A DNA stretch of 64,000 nt, taken from Ignavibacteria bacterium. GTDB lineage: Bacteria; Bacteroidota; Ignavibacteria; Kapaibacteriales; UBA961. Positions 11,942-22,050 of this stretch are shown here, piece by piece (position 1 is the stretch's first letter; each line of letters begins with the position of its first letter). The translations under genes were made by a program, and so were the position numbers. Below the pieces are notes generated by a model. The model saw only the letters and a list, made by a program, of their open reading frames with translations, made no database searches and had not been told where the DNA came from. The stretch spans positions 34,552 through 98,551 of the forward strand of contig CANLII010000005.1 of NCBI GenBank assembly GCA_947491315.1, read 5' to 3'.

Positions 11942-13324
11942 TTATATGAGACTTCCTAATAATGTTGCGCTTGAAGCCTTATTGATTTTGACTGAAATGA
12001 TATCACCTATCACATATGGAGTATACTCATTTTGAGGTACAATTGTGATTTTATTGGTATCTGTTCTTCCTTGCCATTCCATTGGATTTTTCTTGCTTGG
12101 TCCTTCTATCAAAATATGTTCAATCTTGCCGATTAACTCTTGATTGATTTCTCGGGCAATTGCATTTTGTTGATTGATGATTTCATTGAGTCTGCGAATT
12201 TTTAATTCATCAGGAATATCATCGCCCATTTTCCAAGCTTTGGTTCTTTCGCGTGGTGAATATTTGAACATATAAGCGCCATCATATCGCACTCTTCGCA
12301 TGAGTTCCATTGTGGCTTCATGATCCTCTTCGGTTTCGGTAGGGAATCCGGTAATGATATCAGTGGAAAGAGCGCAATCTGGCATGAGTTTTTTAATCAT
12401 CTCGATTCGCTCATAATAATGTTCGACAGGATGCGTACGATTCATAAGTGAAAGAATGCGATTGGATCCGGATTGTACAGGAAGGTGGATATACTTACAG
12501 ATATTATCATGCATTGCCATCGTTTCAATCAATTGGTCACTCATGTCCTGAGGATGTGAAGTGGTATAGCGAATACGCATGCTGGGAACTGCTATTGCAC
12601 ATGCATCGAGGAGTTCAGCGAAATTCTTTCCGGAATGTTCATCGCGATAACTATTGACATTCTGACCAAGCAGTGTGATTTCCTTGAACCCTTGATCATA
12701 GAGCGATTTTGCCTCATCAACGATAGATGCGAATGCTCGTGAACGCTCGCGACCCCTCGTGAAGGGAACAATGCAATAGGTGCAGAATTTATCGCAGCCA
12801 CGCATGATGGAAACCCAAGCACTGATGCCCTCAGTTCTGAATGGAAGGATGTCATCATATGTCTCAACGCGACTGAGTTTCACCGCAATTCCTTTTTCTC
12901 CAGAATATGCCCTTGAAATAAGCTCCGGAACTGTTCGATATTCATCAGGCCCCACAACCACATCGACCAATTCTTTTTCAAGAAGAGTTTCACGAAGTCT
13001 TTCAGCCATGCAACCCAGAATACCCACAACTAAATCACGATTGCGTTTTTTGTAATACTTCAAATGATTCAATCTCTCATGAATCTTCTTTTCGGCATTA
13101 TCACGAATGGCGCAAGTGTTTAGCAATATCACATCAGCAGATTCTGGAGTGTCGGTCATCGCATACCCTTGATTATGCATCACTCCACGCACAATTTCGG
13201 TATCATTCACATTCATCTGGCAGCCATATGTTTCAATATATAACTTGCGCTGATGAGCCGTGTGTATTGCTGAACTGATGACTTTTTCAGCTTGTATGTC
13301 TTGAAGTATTGGAAGCTCGAGCAT
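11942..13324 (-). CDS. miaB: tRNA methylthiotransferase MiaB
   Basis: TYGCQMN, NTCAIR, GCMAE, CDKFCTYC radical-SAM motif, TRAM tail. Confidence 0.95.
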   Translation of the reverse strand: MLELPILQDIQAEKVISSAIHTAHQRKLYIETYGCQMNVNDTEIVRGVMHNQGYAMTDTPESADVILLNTCAIRDNAEKKIHERLNHLKYYKKRNRDLVVGILGCMAERLRETLLEKELVDVVVGPDEYRTVPELISRAYSGEKGIAVKLSRVETYDDILPFRTEGISAWVSIMRGCDKFCTYCIVPFTRGRERSRAFASIVDEAKSLYDQGFKEITLLGQNVNSYRDEHSGKNFAELLDACAIAVPSMRIRYTTSHPQDMSDQLIETMAMHDNICKYIHLPVQSGSNRILSLMNRTHPVEHYYERIEMIKKLMPDCALSTDIITGFPTETEEDHEATMELMRRVRYDGAYMFKYSPRERTKAWKMGDDIPDELKIRRLNEIINQQNAIAREINQELIGKIEHILIEGPSKKNPMEWQGRTDTNKITIVPQNEYTPYVIGDIISVKINKASSATLLGSLI

Positions 13325-13442
13325 TATTGTTCCGATCTAATTGTGTACTGATTGCAAAGATAATAAAATGAAAGCAGTTATATGCGTCAATGAATCCCGC
13401 AAAAGACCCTGAAGAAGCACAGAATCATCATAAACTACCTGC

Positions 13443-13466
13443 TTATCCACAGTGTATAGTGGATAA
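13443..13466. promoter_or_regulatory. inverted pair of DnaA boxes in the miaB/dnaB divergent region
   Basis: TTATCCACA at 13443-13451, 6-bp spacer, AGTGGATAA at 13458-13466 (1 mismatch). Confidence 0.65.
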
Positions 13467-13554
13467 CAAGCGCACTTCTTCACATACTGTGTTCAGCATG
13501 TCGAAAATCATAAATAAACACTACTTTTGCAGTCCAAAACAGAAAGGATTTGTC

Positions 13555-15039
13555 ATGAATTATTTTGATCAAATGCCGGTACCTTCCGGGAAACGCAAGG
13601 ATTCCCGCGAGGGGAATATGAATGTTCCCATGCATTATGATACATTGATCGGCAAGATTCCGCCTCATTCAATGGATGCCGAAATGGCAGTATTGGGTGC
13701 TATGCTTTTGGATAAAGCCGCTATACCAAAAGTCATTGAAATTCTCAAACCGGAAGCATTCTATAAAGAATCTCATCGTATCATGTATGATGCGATGTTA
13801 AAGCTTTTTTCCAAGGCCGTGAATGTGGACATCACCACGCTAGCCGAGGAATTACGCAGACTTGGTGTTTTGGAGCAAATAGGTGGAACATATGCTGTGA
13901 TTGAAGTCACATCGATGGTCCCCACTGCGGCGAATGTTGAGTATTATGCTCGCATCGTTTTGGAGAGATATATTAAGCGCTCTCTCATTTCCGTGGCAGG
14001 TGAAATTCTAGTACATGCCTATGATGAAACTACCGATGCACTAGAGGAAGTGGATGCAGCAGAATCAAAAATCTTTCAAATTGCCGAGCAAAGATTGGGT
14101 AAGAGCTTCATGACCATGAAGGAAATTGCTCATGATACTTTTAATATGCTCATGAAATTTAATGAGCAGGATTCAAAATCAGGAATTACTGGACTTGCTT
14201 CAGGTTTCACGAAACTTGATGATATATTGGGAGGTTTTCAGGATTCGGATTTGATAATCATCGCTGCCAGACCATCCATGGGAAAAACAGCATTTGCATT
14301 GAGCATCGCACGAAATATTGCCGTTGAATTCAAGCAACCTGTTGCATTTTTCTCGATAGAAATGGCCGCAAATCAGCTCATGATACGCCTTTTGAGCGCA
14401 GAGGCGAGAGTGAATGCACATGATATGCGAACGAATCGCATCCAAAAATCAGATATGGCAAAGATTTCTTCATCTATTGATGTTTTGTCTGAATCGCCAT
14501 TATTGATTGATGACAGTGCAACGCTCACGGTGATGGAGATACGCGCGAAATGTAGAAGACTGAAAGCCGAACATGATATCAAAATCATCGTCGTGGATTA
14601 TTTGCAATTTGTTTCTCCTCCAAAAGCTGAGAGTAGAGAAAGAGAAATTTCAGTAATTTCAAGATCACTCAAACAGATAGCGAAAGAATTAAATATACCG
14701 GTGATTGCACTTTCGCAGCTAAATCGGGGTGTTGAAACCCGAGCCGATAAAAGACCGATGCTCTCAGATTTGCGTGAATCTGGGTCCATCGAGCAAGATG
14801 CAGATGTTGTGATGTTCGTTAATAGACCCGAACAATATGGCATTCTTACTTGGGAAGACGGATCCTCCACTGAAGGTACCGCCGAAATTATCATTGCAAA
14901 GCAAAGAAATGGTCCTGTCGGTGATATCCGTTTGGCCTATCTCAAGAGCTTTGCACGGTTTGAAAATTTATCCATTCAATTCGATGAACCTACCGGATTT
15001 ATTGGTTCCGGTACTGCATTGGATGATATTGATTTTTAA
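13555..15039 (+). CDS. dnaB: replicative DNA helicase
   Basis: PPHS..AE.AVLG, AARPSMGKT, DYLQ, LSQLNR, DLRESGSIEQDAD, KQRNGP. Confidence 0.97.
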   Translation: MNYFDQMPVPSGKRKDSREGNMNVPMHYDTLIGKIPPHSMDAEMAVLGAMLLDKAAIPKVIEILKPEAFYKESHRIMYDAMLKLFSKAVNVDITTLAEELRRLGVLEQIGGTYAVIEVTSMVPTAANVEYYARIVLERYIKRSLISVAGEILVHAYDETTDALEEVDAAESKIFQIAEQRLGKSFMTMKEIAHDTFNMLMKFNEQDSKSGITGLASGFTKLDDILGGFQDSDLIIIAARPSMGKTAFALSIARNIAVEFKQPVAFFSIEMAANQLMIRLLSAEARVNAHDMRTNRIQKSDMAKISSSIDVLSESPLLIDDSATLTVMEIRAKCRRLKAEHDIKIIVVDYLQFVSPPKAESREREISVISRSLKQIAKELNIPVIALSQLNRGVETRADKRPMLSDLRESGSIEQDADVVMFVNRPEQYGILTWEDGSSTEGTAEIIIAKQRNGPVGDIRLAYLKSFARFENLSIQFDEPTGFIGSGTALDDIDF

Positions 15040-15052
15040 TTTTGAGGAACAT

Positions 15053-15259
15053 ATGAAACATCAAGAATTGGCTATTGACGGCATGTCATGCGGACATTGC
15101 GTGAAAGCACTTACAAAAGAATTGACAGCGATCAAAGGCCTGAATGTACAAGAAGTCATCATCGGAAAGGCCATTATAGATTATGATCAGGAATTGGTCT
15201 CCGATGAAGACATTTTGCAAGCGATCGATGAAGCAGGATTTCGATTGGCCATGGGATGA
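15053..15259 (+). CDS. heavy-metal-associated (CopZ-like) chaperone
   Basis: 68 aa, GMSCGHC motif, GAGG upstream of ATG 15053. Confidence 0.85.
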   Translation: MKHQELAIDGMSCGHCVKALTKELTAIKGLNVQEVIIGKAIIDYDQELVSDEDILQAIDEAGFRLAMG

Positions 15260-15723
15260 AACGAATTGCGATCATCCTCGCAATCCTGATTTCTTGTCTT
15301 TGTGAAGAGATGAGAGCATCCGATATTCCTGTGCAAGGCATCACAGTCGGCTTGCAAGCCGGTGACAAAGGAAAAGCCATTGAGGCTACTTATAGCTATG
15401 GAAGCTTGGTCTATTGGCCAAAAAGTACAAGTATCAAGGGTCTTGGGACGATTTCAGCGGGAATTGAAACAGGACCTTTGAATGCAGAAAAATTCATCAT
15501 TGCTCCAAAGATCAATTATACCATGAATTGGTTTGTTTCCTTTGGCGCATCAATGCTGTACTATACTGATTTTTCAGGTGGTTCTTTGAGATTCAGACCC
15601 GAAGTGGGGGTGTCGATGCTTGGGATAAGAGTATATCATGGGTGGAATTTCAGTGTGGATAGATATAATCCACTCCCGATGAATTCCTCGTTTTTTGGAA
15701 TGAGTTATTTCGTAAAACTCTGA
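15256..15723 (+). CDS. hypothetical exported protein, possibly a small outer-membrane beta-barrel
   Basis: Signal peptide, amphipathic beta pattern, aromatic C-terminus. Confidence 0.6.
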   Translation: MKRIAIILAILISCLCEEMRASDIPVQGITVGLQAGDKGKAIEATYSYGSLVYWPKSTSIKGLGTISAGIETGPLNAEKFIIAPKINYTMNWFVSFGASMLYYTDFSGGSLRFRPEVGVSMLGIRVYHGWNFSVDRYNPLPMNSSFFGMSYFVKL

Positions 15724-16493
15724 TGCCATGCATCAATAATTGCTTTGACGGCATCCATACCATCGGTCAATGCTGCAGGTCCTGGCTGTAAAATAATGGG
15801 AGATTTAATCTCAAAAAGTTGATTATTACCAATCGCATTGATGCCATCCCAACCCATTCTTGAAGTGATTTTCTCTTTTTTTACCCCTTTCCCGCACCAT
15901 GAGGCCATAATAATGTCGGGATTTCGCTCAATGATGATGTTTGGATCAGATATGATTCTGCTTTTTGCATCCTGAAAAACACGATGTTCAGAGAATATGT
16001 CCACTCCACCGCATAATTCAATGATTTCACTCACCCAAGAAATACCAGATATCAAAGGATCGAACCATTCTTCAAAGTAAATGCGGGGTCTTACAGTCAT
16101 GCGTATTGACTTTTCAGCCATATCCTCAATTCTTCTTTCGAGGAATGATCGGTATTCTTCGGCTTCGATACTTTTGTTGACGATTCTTCCGAGCATGGAG
16201 ACCATCTCCAAAATTCCATCTATCGTTCGGTGATTAAAGCAATGAACTGCAATGCCATGTTGAATCAATTGCGAGCAGATATTTGCTTGAAGATCGCTCC
16301 ATGCCAGAACAAGATCCGGTTTTAGATTCAGGATTTCATTGATATTAGCATCGAGATAGGTTGAAACTTTAGGTTTGGTTTTACGAGCAATTGCCGGACG
16401 CACGGTGAATCCCGAGATGCCGACGATGAGCTCATCGGCACCAATTGCATAGAGAGTTTCAGTTGTTTCTTCGGTAAGACAGATGATTCTCAT
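15705..16493 (-). CDS. BtuF-like helical-backbone ABC substrate-binding protein
   Basis: RIICLTEETTETLYAIG, LKPDLVL, YFEEW, ILQPGP. Confidence 0.8.
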   Translation of the reverse strand: MRIICLTEETTETLYAIGADELIVGISGFTVRPAIARKTKPKVSTYLDANINEILNLKPDLVLAWSDLQANICSQLIQHGIAVHCFNHRTIDGILEMVSMLGRIVNKSIEAEEYRSFLERRIEDMAEKSIRMTVRPRIYFEEWFDPLISGISWVSEIIELCGGVDIFSEHRVFQDAKSRIISDPNIIIERNPDIIMASWCGKGVKKEKITSRMGWDGINAIGNNQLFEIKSPIILQPGPAALTDGMDAVKAIIDAWHQSFTK

Positions 16494-16495
16494 AA

Positions 16496-17260
16496 TCACA
16501 AACTCGCTTGTCGGATCCTTTCAAACAATATGACAGATGCGGCGGCCGATGCATTCAGAGATTCCACATTGCCATGCATTGGAATGCGAATCAGTTTAGT
16601 GCATTCTTTGCGGATGGCAGGTCTCATCCCTTTGCCTTCATTTCCAATAACGAGAATAGTGGGAGCGGAGAAGATGCCCATTTCAGTATAATTGAGTTCA
16701 GCAGATTCATCGGTTCCAACAATTTCATAACCAGCAGCTTTGCAATTGCGAAGAGCAACAACCAGTGAGTCTACCTTGGAAACAGGGAGGAATTCCATCG
16801 CTCCAGCGGCAGATTTGAATGTCGCAGGTGTGATTGGAGCTGAATTTTCCATAGGAATGATCATACCCGAGGCACCTGCACATTCAGCAGACCGAGCAAT
16901 TGCACCAACATTATGAGGATCATTGATTTCATCAAGTGCAATGATCAGTGGATTTGCCATCCCAGACAATCCCGCATCAAGAAGATCGAAAAGAATAAGA
17001 TAATCGATCATTGTTGTAAGTGCAATGACGCCTTGTGAAGACCCCCTTTCAAGAGGGATGCGGCGTTCCATTTCATTAAATTTCATTTTATCGGCAATAG
17101 CGCAAGCTACATTTGACTGCCTTGCCTTCATTCGTATTTCCTCAATTGCATCGCCGGCAGCGCCATATTGCACAAAAATCTTCTCGATTTCTCTGCCTGC
17201 ATTGAGTGCTTCGATGACAGAGCGTCTGCCATAGAGATAATGACCAGTTGTATTCTTCAT
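16496..17260 (-). CDS. rlmB: 23S rRNA Gm2251 methyltransferase
   Basis: DPHNVGAIARSA, GNEGKG, IPMHGNVESLNAS SPOUT motifs. Confidence 0.92.
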   Translation of the reverse strand: MKNTTGHYLYGRRSVIEALNAGREIEKIFVQYGAAGDAIEEIRMKARQSNVACAIADKMKFNEMERRIPLERGSSQGVIALTTMIDYLILFDLLDAGLSGMANPLIIALDEINDPHNVGAIARSAECAGASGMIIPMENSAPITPATFKSAAGAMEFLPVSKVDSLVVALRNCKAAGYEIVGTDESAELNYTEMGIFSAPTILVIGNEGKGMRPAIRKECTKLIRIPMHGNVESLNASAAASVILFERIRQASL

Positions 17261-17345
17261 TAATTCGCAGAAAACCCGTATTTTTACAAGCCTTTACCTC
17301 CCTATAGGAGGCGTTTGTTTCACCGCACAAAGATACAGTAATTCC

Positions 17346-17684
17346 ATGGATCGTTTAGAAACATTCCCAAATCCAGCTGTCGGAAGACAGTACCGCATCA
17401 AACATGTTTTACATGAGTTCACATCGGTGTGTCCATTGACCGGTCTTCCGGACTTTGCAACCGTGACCATCGACTATGTTCCTGATGCAATTTGTCTTGA
17501 ATTGAAATCGCTCAAATACTATTTCCTTGAATTTAGGAACATGGGTATATTCTATGAAGCGGTAACCAATAAGATCCTCGATGATTTGGTTGAACAATGC
17601 AATCCACTTGAAATGACCATCACAACAGACTGGGGCATAAGAGGTGGAATGTCAAGCGTCATAACCGCTTCTCATAGGAGATAA
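17346..17684 (+). CDS. queF: preQ0 reductase (unimodular QueF)
   Basis: EFTSVCPLTGLPDF, ELKSLKYY, RGG. Confidence 0.92.
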   Translation: MDRLETFPNPAVGRQYRIKHVLHEFTSVCPLTGLPDFATVTIDYVPDAICLELKSLKYYFLEFRNMGIFYEAVTNKILDDLVEQCNPLEMTITTDWGIRGGMSSVITASHRR

Positions 17685-17685
17685 G

Positions 17686-18117
17686 ATGGAATCCCGAATC
17701 GCCAAAGACTTTCATTGGGAGATGGGTCATCGACTTCCTTATCATCAAGGTGGTTGTCAGAATATTCATGGTCATTCATATACCATGCGCGTTGAAATTG
17801 TTGGAACCATTGATCCCGCGACCGGAATGGTGATTGATTATTTCGATCTAAAAGCGCTTGTGCAACCACTGATTGATCGCTTGGATCATTCATTCCTTTT
17901 GGATTCATCGGATACAGTTATGATGGAATTCTTCAAGACTCACCCCATGAAAGTGAATACCGTGGACTTTTATTCCACGGCTGAGAATATCGCTCACTAT
18001 ATGCTTCGTGAGCTTATTCCGGGTTTTGAGATTTTTTCAAATGTTTCCGAATTACTCATTCGTTTGCGTGAAACGGAACATACCTTTGCTGAAGCAGTGC
18101 ACATTTATACCAATTGA
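17686..18117 (+). CDS. queD: 6-carboxytetrahydropterin synthase
   Basis: GHRL, CQNIHGHSY, GMVIDY, LDHSFL, STAENIA. Confidence 0.88.
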   Translation: MESRIAKDFHWEMGHRLPYHQGGCQNIHGHSYTMRVEIVGTIDPATGMVIDYFDLKALVQPLIDRLDHSFLLDSSDTVMMEFFKTHPMKVNTVDFYSTAENIAHYMLRELIPGFEIFSNVSELLIRLRETEHTFAEAVHIYTN

Positions 18118-18137
18118 TCAGATTCAAAGCAGGAAAT

Positions 18138-19592
18138 ATGTCAGTAAGAGTTCGATTTGCGCCATCCCCAACAGGCTTCCTTCATATAGGTGGTTTGAGG
18201 ACAGCATTGTATAATTATTTATTTGCCAGACATCATGGTGGTGCTTGCATTCTCCGCATTGAAGATACAGATCAAACCAGATTTGTTGAAGGTGCAGAAG
18301 AAAATATCATTGACATCTCTCGATGGGCGGGAATGGAATTCGATGAAAGTCCTGAAAAGGGGGGTCCTCATGGTCCATATCGTCAGTCTGAACGCACCAA
18401 ATTGTATAGACAATATGCAGATGAGCTATTGGCTAATGACATGGCATATCGCGCATTCGACACATCCGAGGAATTGGAAGCCATGCGTGAACGACAAAAA
18501 AATGCGGGAATTGCAGCAAAGTATGATCGGACTGTCATGCGCAGTGAATACACCCTCGGACCCGACGAAACAAAGCGATTGCTCGATCAAGGTGCTGATT
18601 GTTGTATAAGATTGAAAGTGCCAGTTTCCGGTGAAATTAGATTCAATGACATCGTTCGCGGTGAAGTGATTGTCAATGCGCGTGATGTCGATGATCAAAT
18701 TCTTCTGAAATCAGATGGTTTTCCAACATATCATCTGGCAAATGTCGTGGATGACCATTTAATGGAAATTTCACATGTGATTCGAGGCGAGGAATGGCTC
18801 CCTTCCACCCCAAAACATGTTCTACTTTATCAGGCATTTGGATGGGACATGCCTACATTTGCACATCTTCCGCTGCTTTTGAATGAGGATAGATCCAAAA
18901 TGAGTAAACGATTTGGGGATGTATTCGCAAAGAGTTTCAGAGAAAAAGGATTCTTTGCCGATGCACTAGTCAATTTCGTGGCATTATTGGGTTGGAATCC
19001 AACTTCCGACAGAGAAATTTTCTCTATGCAGGAATTAATAGATCTATTTACTCTCGAAAAAGTGAATAAGGCAGGTGCGATATTTGACACCAAGAAACTT
19101 GAATGGATGAATGCACAATATCTTCGCAATGCAAATCCAGAATCACTTCTACCTCAATTGCAGGTCATTTTGCATGAGCATGATATCGAGATAAGTGATG
19201 AAAGAGCAAAAGATATTTTGACATTATTGAGAGAGCGCATCACATTCCTCAATGAAATACCAGGATTCGGCGCATATATGTTCTCTGATGATTATGTGAT
19301 TGATGAAGAGTATAAAGCAAAACATTGGACCGCAGAATCAAGCGCAATCATTTCATCACTTCTTCCACTTATGAAAGGTTTGGAAGAGTTCAATCATATA
19401 GCAATCAATGATACAATCGGTGCATTCACCAAAGAAAATGGAATCACCTCCAAATTGTTTATCCATCCTCTGCGAATGATTATTACCGGCAAACCTGTTG
19501 GTGCCGGACTCTATGAAACAATGGAAATGCTCGGCAAGGAAGTGTGCATTCGTAGAATTGAACGCTTCTTATCCGAAGAAGGAACAAGATGA
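18138..19592 (+). CDS. gltX: glutamate--tRNA ligase
   Basis: RVRFAPSPTG.LHIGG, RIEDTD, KMSKR. Confidence 0.97.
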   Translation: MSVRVRFAPSPTGFLHIGGLRTALYNYLFARHHGGACILRIEDTDQTRFVEGAEENIIDISRWAGMEFDESPEKGGPHGPYRQSERTKLYRQYADELLANDMAYRAFDTSEELEAMRERQKNAGIAAKYDRTVMRSEYTLGPDETKRLLDQGADCCIRLKVPVSGEIRFNDIVRGEVIVNARDVDDQILLKSDGFPTYHLANVVDDHLMEISHVIRGEEWLPSTPKHVLLYQAFGWDMPTFAHLPLLLNEDRSKMSKRFGDVFAKSFREKGFFADALVNFVALLGWNPTSDREIFSMQELIDLFTLEKVNKAGAIFDTKKLEWMNAQYLRNANPESLLPQLQVILHEHDIEISDERAKDILTLLRERITFLNEIPGFGAYMFSDDYVIDEEYKAKHWTAESSAIISSLLPLMKGLEEFNHIAINDTIGAFTKENGITSKLFIHPLRMIITGKPVGAGLYETMEMLGKEVCIRRIERFLSEEGTR

Positions 19593-20044
19593 AAAGCGTT
19601 ATTGTCATGATATTGGTATTATTCCTTCATGGTTGCATGAATACGAAAACCACTTGCATCAATGAAAGAACCATGGGTACGATATTGAGATGGGGTGATG
19701 GTGACATTGCATCCGGATCATTTACCGGATATGAAATCCATGCTGAAGATCTCGGAGTGTTTAATGCGCATCGCACAAATGGTAATGAAGTCATGAATAT
19801 CAAGCGCATTGATTCCGTGAATGTGGATTTCTTTTGTACTACGTTGCAGGATATGATCGGGACATTTACTGCGATACAATCATTATATTCGCCGGGCAAG
19901 TCATATCGTTCGGTGGAGTATATCAATGCTAAAACTAATGTCCATAAAAAGGCGATTTGGAATCCGGAATTCTCAACATTTGGAAGCAAAGAGTTTCGGA
20001 CATTACATGATTCACTGATGCAGAAAGTTCCGGCATCAAAATAA
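19589..20044 (+). CDS. hypothetical lipoprotein
   Basis: Hydrophobic signal ending in LHGC lipobox. Confidence 0.65.
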   Translation: MKSVIVMILVLFLHGCMNTKTTCINERTMGTILRWGDGDIASGSFTGYEIHAEDLGVFNAHRTNGNEVMNIKRIDSVNVDFFCTTLQDMIGTFTAIQSLYSPGKSYRSVEYINAKTNVHKKAIWNPEFSTFGSKEFRTLHDSLMQKVPASK

Positions 20045-20125
20045 ACATATATATGAAGGTTGGATTTAAACAAAGTGGACGGATTGTTACATTTATTCCT
20101 CGCAGGTGCGAGGGGGGATATTCAT

Positions 20126-21544
20126 TTGGCATCTGATATTTCGATTTTCTTGGTGGATGATAATGCCGAGTTTACAGAAACCTTGGCTGATATCATCGGG
20201 GACTTTGGGTGGAAAACGCATTCTTGTGATTCTCCAGAGGGAGCTCTAACGCATTTAGAGAATTATCATCAAAAGTATTCTTTGATGTTGTTGGACATAG
20301 AATTTGTGAATTCACAAATGAACGGTTTGGATGTACTTGCACAATGTAAAAAAAAGTACCCTGCTTTATCTGTCATCATGATTTCAGGGAAAGGTACAAT
20401 TGCCACCGCAGTACAAGCAACCAGAATGGGAGCTGTAAATTTCATCGAAAAGAGTTCCATTTCCACTGATCGACTACGCGATGTTCTTACAAGCACTCTG
20501 GAAAAATACCAGGTTCAAACAGAACATCAAGAACTCTTGAAATTGATACAAAAACAAGGCATTATTGGAAAAAGTGAAGCAGTACTTAAGGTTGCTGATA
20601 AAATTATTCGCTTTGGAAAAACCGATTTAAATGTGCTTGTGACTGGAGAAACTGGGACAGGAAAAAAATTGGTGGCAGAAGCAATTCATGCCGTAAGCAA
20701 AAGAGGACATCATCCCATTGTGACGGTTGATATCCCAAATATCCCAAGAGAATTATTTCAAAGTGAATTGTTTGGTCATGTGCGTGGATCATTTTCAGGC
20801 GCACATGAGAATAAAAAAGGATTATTTCATCAAGCAAATAAGGGCTCGCTCTTTTTGGATGAAATAGGTGATTTACCATTGGAATTACAAGCAAATCTTC
20901 TGCTTCCGATTGAAACGAAAATCATCCGTCGAGTCGGATCTGTTGAACCTGAAGAAGTGGATGTCCGCTTTGTTTCTGCTACAGATCGCGATTTGCTTGG
21001 TGCAATGCGTGAAGGAAAATTTCGTGAGCAATTATATCATCGATTGAGAGAATGCGAAATCACCATTCCTCCATTGAGTGAGAGGAAAGAAGATATTCCA
21101 TTGATTGTTGATCATTATGTGAAAAAACACAATGAAAAAATGGTTGATAATAAATCGTTTTCTCCATCAGCAATCGAATTTTTGCAAGAACACACATGGA
21201 AAGGCAATGTTCGAGAATTGCAAAGTACATTGCGTGTAGTCTTACAAACTGTATCTTCTGATACGATTGAAATCAGAGACATACATTCCGTTGCATCAAC
21301 GAATGATCATGTATATACACAACCAAAAGCAGTAACTGGTAGCGATCAATTTTCAATCACTAGTGATGGTTCATTGAAAGATGATATTGCAAGAGCAGAT
21401 AAAATGAAAATTGTCTCCACATTACAAAAGTGCAATGGAAATGTGAGCAAAGCGGCGGTATTATTGGCAATCTCACGCGAGACATTGCACAATAAAATCC
21501 GTAGGTATGATATTGATGTCAATAAATTCAGATCCGGAAAATGA
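20126..21544 (+). CDS. NtrC-family response regulator (REC-AAA+-HTH)
   Basis: LVDDN receiver, GETGTGK, ELFGHVRGSFSGA, FLDEIG, GNVREL, Fis-type HTH; start uncertain (TTG 20126 after GAGGGGG, or 20060). Confidence 0.9.
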   Translation: MASDISIFLVDDNAEFTETLADIIGDFGWKTHSCDSPEGALTHLENYHQKYSLMLLDIEFVNSQMNGLDVLAQCKKKYPALSVIMISGKGTIATAVQATRMGAVNFIEKSSISTDRLRDVLTSTLEKYQVQTEHQELLKLIQKQGIIGKSEAVLKVADKIIRFGKTDLNVLVTGETGTGKKLVAEAIHAVSKRGHHPIVTVDIPNIPRELFQSELFGHVRGSFSGAHENKKGLFHQANKGSLFLDEIGDLPLELQANLLLPIETKIIRRVGSVEPEEVDVRFVSATDRDLLGAMREGKFREQLYHRLRECEITIPPLSERKEDIPLIVDHYVKKHNEKMVDNKSFSPSAIEFLQEHTWKGNVRELQSTLRVVLQTVSSDTIEIRDIHSVASTNDHVYTQPKAVTGSDQFSITSDGSLKDDIARADKMKIVSTLQKCNGNVSKAAVLLAISRETLHNKIRRYDIDVNKFRSGK

Positions 21545-21545
21545 T

Positions 21546-22025
21546 ATGCGATTCAGTACTATATCCTTCTCACTATTCTTGATATTCCTTGTGATGTCAT
21601 GTTCCACTAGTTCCGTGCCAATGAAGGATTTTCCTGAAGCATATAGCATTACTATTGAGAGAACCGCCTGCAGGGGAAATTGTCCTGTATACTCAATGAC
21701 TGTTTATGGCGATGGAACTCTCGAATATGAAGGATTTCTCAATGTTCCCGTGAAAGGGAAGAGGATTGGAAGTATTTCCAAGGATTCCGTCACTTCATTG
21801 CTCAATGCCATTGAAAAAGTGAATGTGAATGAATTGCAGGCAAAATATGTCAAGCAAGGTGTTACCGATATGCCATCAGTATTATTCAAAGTGATTCATA
21901 CCAAAGATGGTGTGATTCGTGGAAAATCTATTGTTGATTATCAAGGTGATGATACTGCTCCGGAGGCATTACGAATGCTGTATAATCAAATGGATGCTTG
22001 GTATTATCTCATCCAATGGCAATAA
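21546..22025 (+). CDS. putative lipoprotein, DUF6438-like
   Basis: Lipobox VMSC; ERTACRGNCPVY and TDMPS motifs. Confidence 0.7.
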   Translation: MRFSTISFSLFLIFLVMSCSTSSVPMKDFPEAYSITIERTACRGNCPVYSMTVYGDGTLEYEGFLNVPVKGKRIGSISKDSVTSLLNAIEKVNVNELQAKYVKQGVTDMPSVLFKVIHTKDGVIRGKSIVDYQGDDTAPEALRMLYNQMDAWYYLIQWQ

Positions 22026-22050
22026 TTCACTTATATTCTCGAGAATCTCA

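Noticed and set aside
17261-17345. preQ1 riboswitch upstream of queF
   Set aside because: No class I consensus stem-loop with an A-rich tail; only a small unrelated hairpin.
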